A stretch of DNA of 64,000 nt from Tubiluchus corallicola (Eukaryota; Animalia; Priapulida). The first letter of the stretch is position 1. The number at the start of each line of letters is the position of its first letter. Below are positions 62,520 to 64,000 of the stretch, in pieces. The stretch spans positions 248,001 through 312,000 of the forward strand of contig JAQGDQ010000028.1 of NCBI GenBank assembly GCA_030141605.1, read 5' to 3'. Below the pieces are notes generated by a model. The model ran no database searches and was not told the DNA's origin. It saw only the letters and a list, made by a program, of their open reading frames with translations. The position numbers and the translations under genes were made by a program.

Positions 62520-64000
62520 ATTTTAATTTGCCTCTGAAAATCTCTACTGTAATAGTTTAATTGATATCCTGATCTTTGTTTGTAGATATTAAATAGATAA
62601 ATTAGTAGACTAAAATGGCATTCCAAGAGGTTGTATTTACTACATTACATGGCTAAGGTTAACTGGGTGAGTACTGAATAACCCTTCAAAGTCTCATATT
62701 CTTTTGTGGATAGAGGCCTAGAGTTTTTAATTGGTTAAAATGGCCTTGCTCTGTAGCTTGTTTTATCCCTTGACTTTTTGCAAAGGAAATGAGTGTTTTC
62801 TTAGATCACACACAAGGGCATTTTTAACCAGCTAGAAGATCCCATCTCAGTATGACAGTGTCTGTGTTTAAAATTTAAAAAAATGACAGGAGGGATTCTT
62901 TTCCTTCTCGGCCAGGATGTAGTGGTTTTCAATAAAATTTCCCAAGTGTCTTTTTTGTAGTTAATCTGTAGTTGCATGATCACTGTTGTTCGTAAGTTAG
63001 ACCTTTAGAATGATTGATTTGCCTTGTTGCGTGCCCTGTAAAAGATATTTTCTTTCGGTATGTAATTTCTAAGCTTGAACGCGATATTTGTCATGAGATC
63101 AGACGATGTTCGCATCCTTATTGAGTTTAATAAATTGTAACTGGTTTTTCAGTTTACTACAAAATCTTATTAGTAGTTTAAGACTCATTTGTAATTAAAT
63201 CCTTTTTGCTTCACCGGACCACTGATCAAATATTCATGGTGAAGTCCAGGTGAATCCAGCACCAGGAGTATCATGCTTGCAATAAGGTACTTATTGTATA
63301 TAGGCAATATATATATAATGTTCAGTTGCAATCCAAGCTCCATTAACAGTGGACATATCTTCCAGTACCAACTTCAGATTAACACCACCAAGTTGGACAC
63401 ATCTTTAGCAAATTTAAAGGTATGCCTTCTCCAGCTTACGTATGAGCCATTAATGAATGCTATGAATAGAACTGGACCAAGTACTGATACGCATGGTCTG
63501 CTACTGAGAACTGCTTATAGATGGGCATCTAGAACCACTTGCAGTTGTCTATCTATCTCAGCTTGTGAACTGTGCAACGCTTAATTATCCCAGTAAGGCT
63601 GTTTGCCTCAAGTTTGTCAAACAACCCTTTGTGCGAATTTTTTTTAGAGGAGTTCAAGTAAGATTATTGATCAACAAATTGCCCTAATCTAGTTTTGCTG
63701 TGAAGTCATCTAAAAAGGTCAGCAAGTTTAGTTTATCCACATTTTCTCAGCTTTATTACTTTGTATTTAAGTTTTTTAGGGATATTAATAAACTTCAGAA
63801 ATTTTGCTATAAGCCCACAAGTATCTTAACTGACATTTTTTTCTGCAGATTTTCCTGTGAAGTTTTTCCAGTCTAACTGGAAAAGGAGCATATCGATCGC
63901 TGCATCAAAATAAGCCTTATTCCAATGAAAGGACATTGGCTAAAAACCAATATATACTTCTACAGTAGACTGTGTCAAGAAAACATGACCACAGCTGTAA
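62520..64000 (-). mobile_element. Degraded CR1 LINE RT and 3' region, probably continuing past the window
   Basis: Minus-strand ISSRPCVSVLGPVLFIAFING (QGSVLGP-like, about 63470), WTSP (about 63245) and VVNTTSWN (about 62630). Confidence 0.7.

Overview
AT-rich, intron-rich metazoan (invertebrate-type) genomic DNA, not prokaryotic: no CRISPR, rRNA or operons. Three protein-coding genes can be assembled by hand from GT-AG exons with consistent phases. (1) A TMEM160-like mitochondrial membrane protein (+, 179-3393, 4 exons). (2) A compact NSL1/Mis14-like kinetochore (MIS12 complex) subunit (-, 4893 to about 7640-7805, 3 coding exons). (3) A novel protein kinase C of the epsilon/eta class (+, 16440-49242, 15 exons, 2187 nt, 728 aa). 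Between and inside these genes are a young Crack/CR1-type LINE, a degraded full-length CR1 with a PHD-finger ORF1, older RT remnants, several MITEs (Tigger/pogo-, Charlie/hAT-, MULE- and Ginger-like), 5S- and tRNA-derived SINEs and simple repeats. The most interesting unexplained signals cluster in the PKC introns: a frame-preserving 12-nt microexon candidate with UGC motifs, a possible internal promoter/57-nt exon, antisense exon-like segments, a 54-bp hairpin just before a 32-nt exon, a possible Pol III tRNA-like unit, and a SINE family that appears to carry two different heads. Gene and family assignments come from motifs recognised from memory, with no database search. I found nothing that I can claim is a demonstrated new system.
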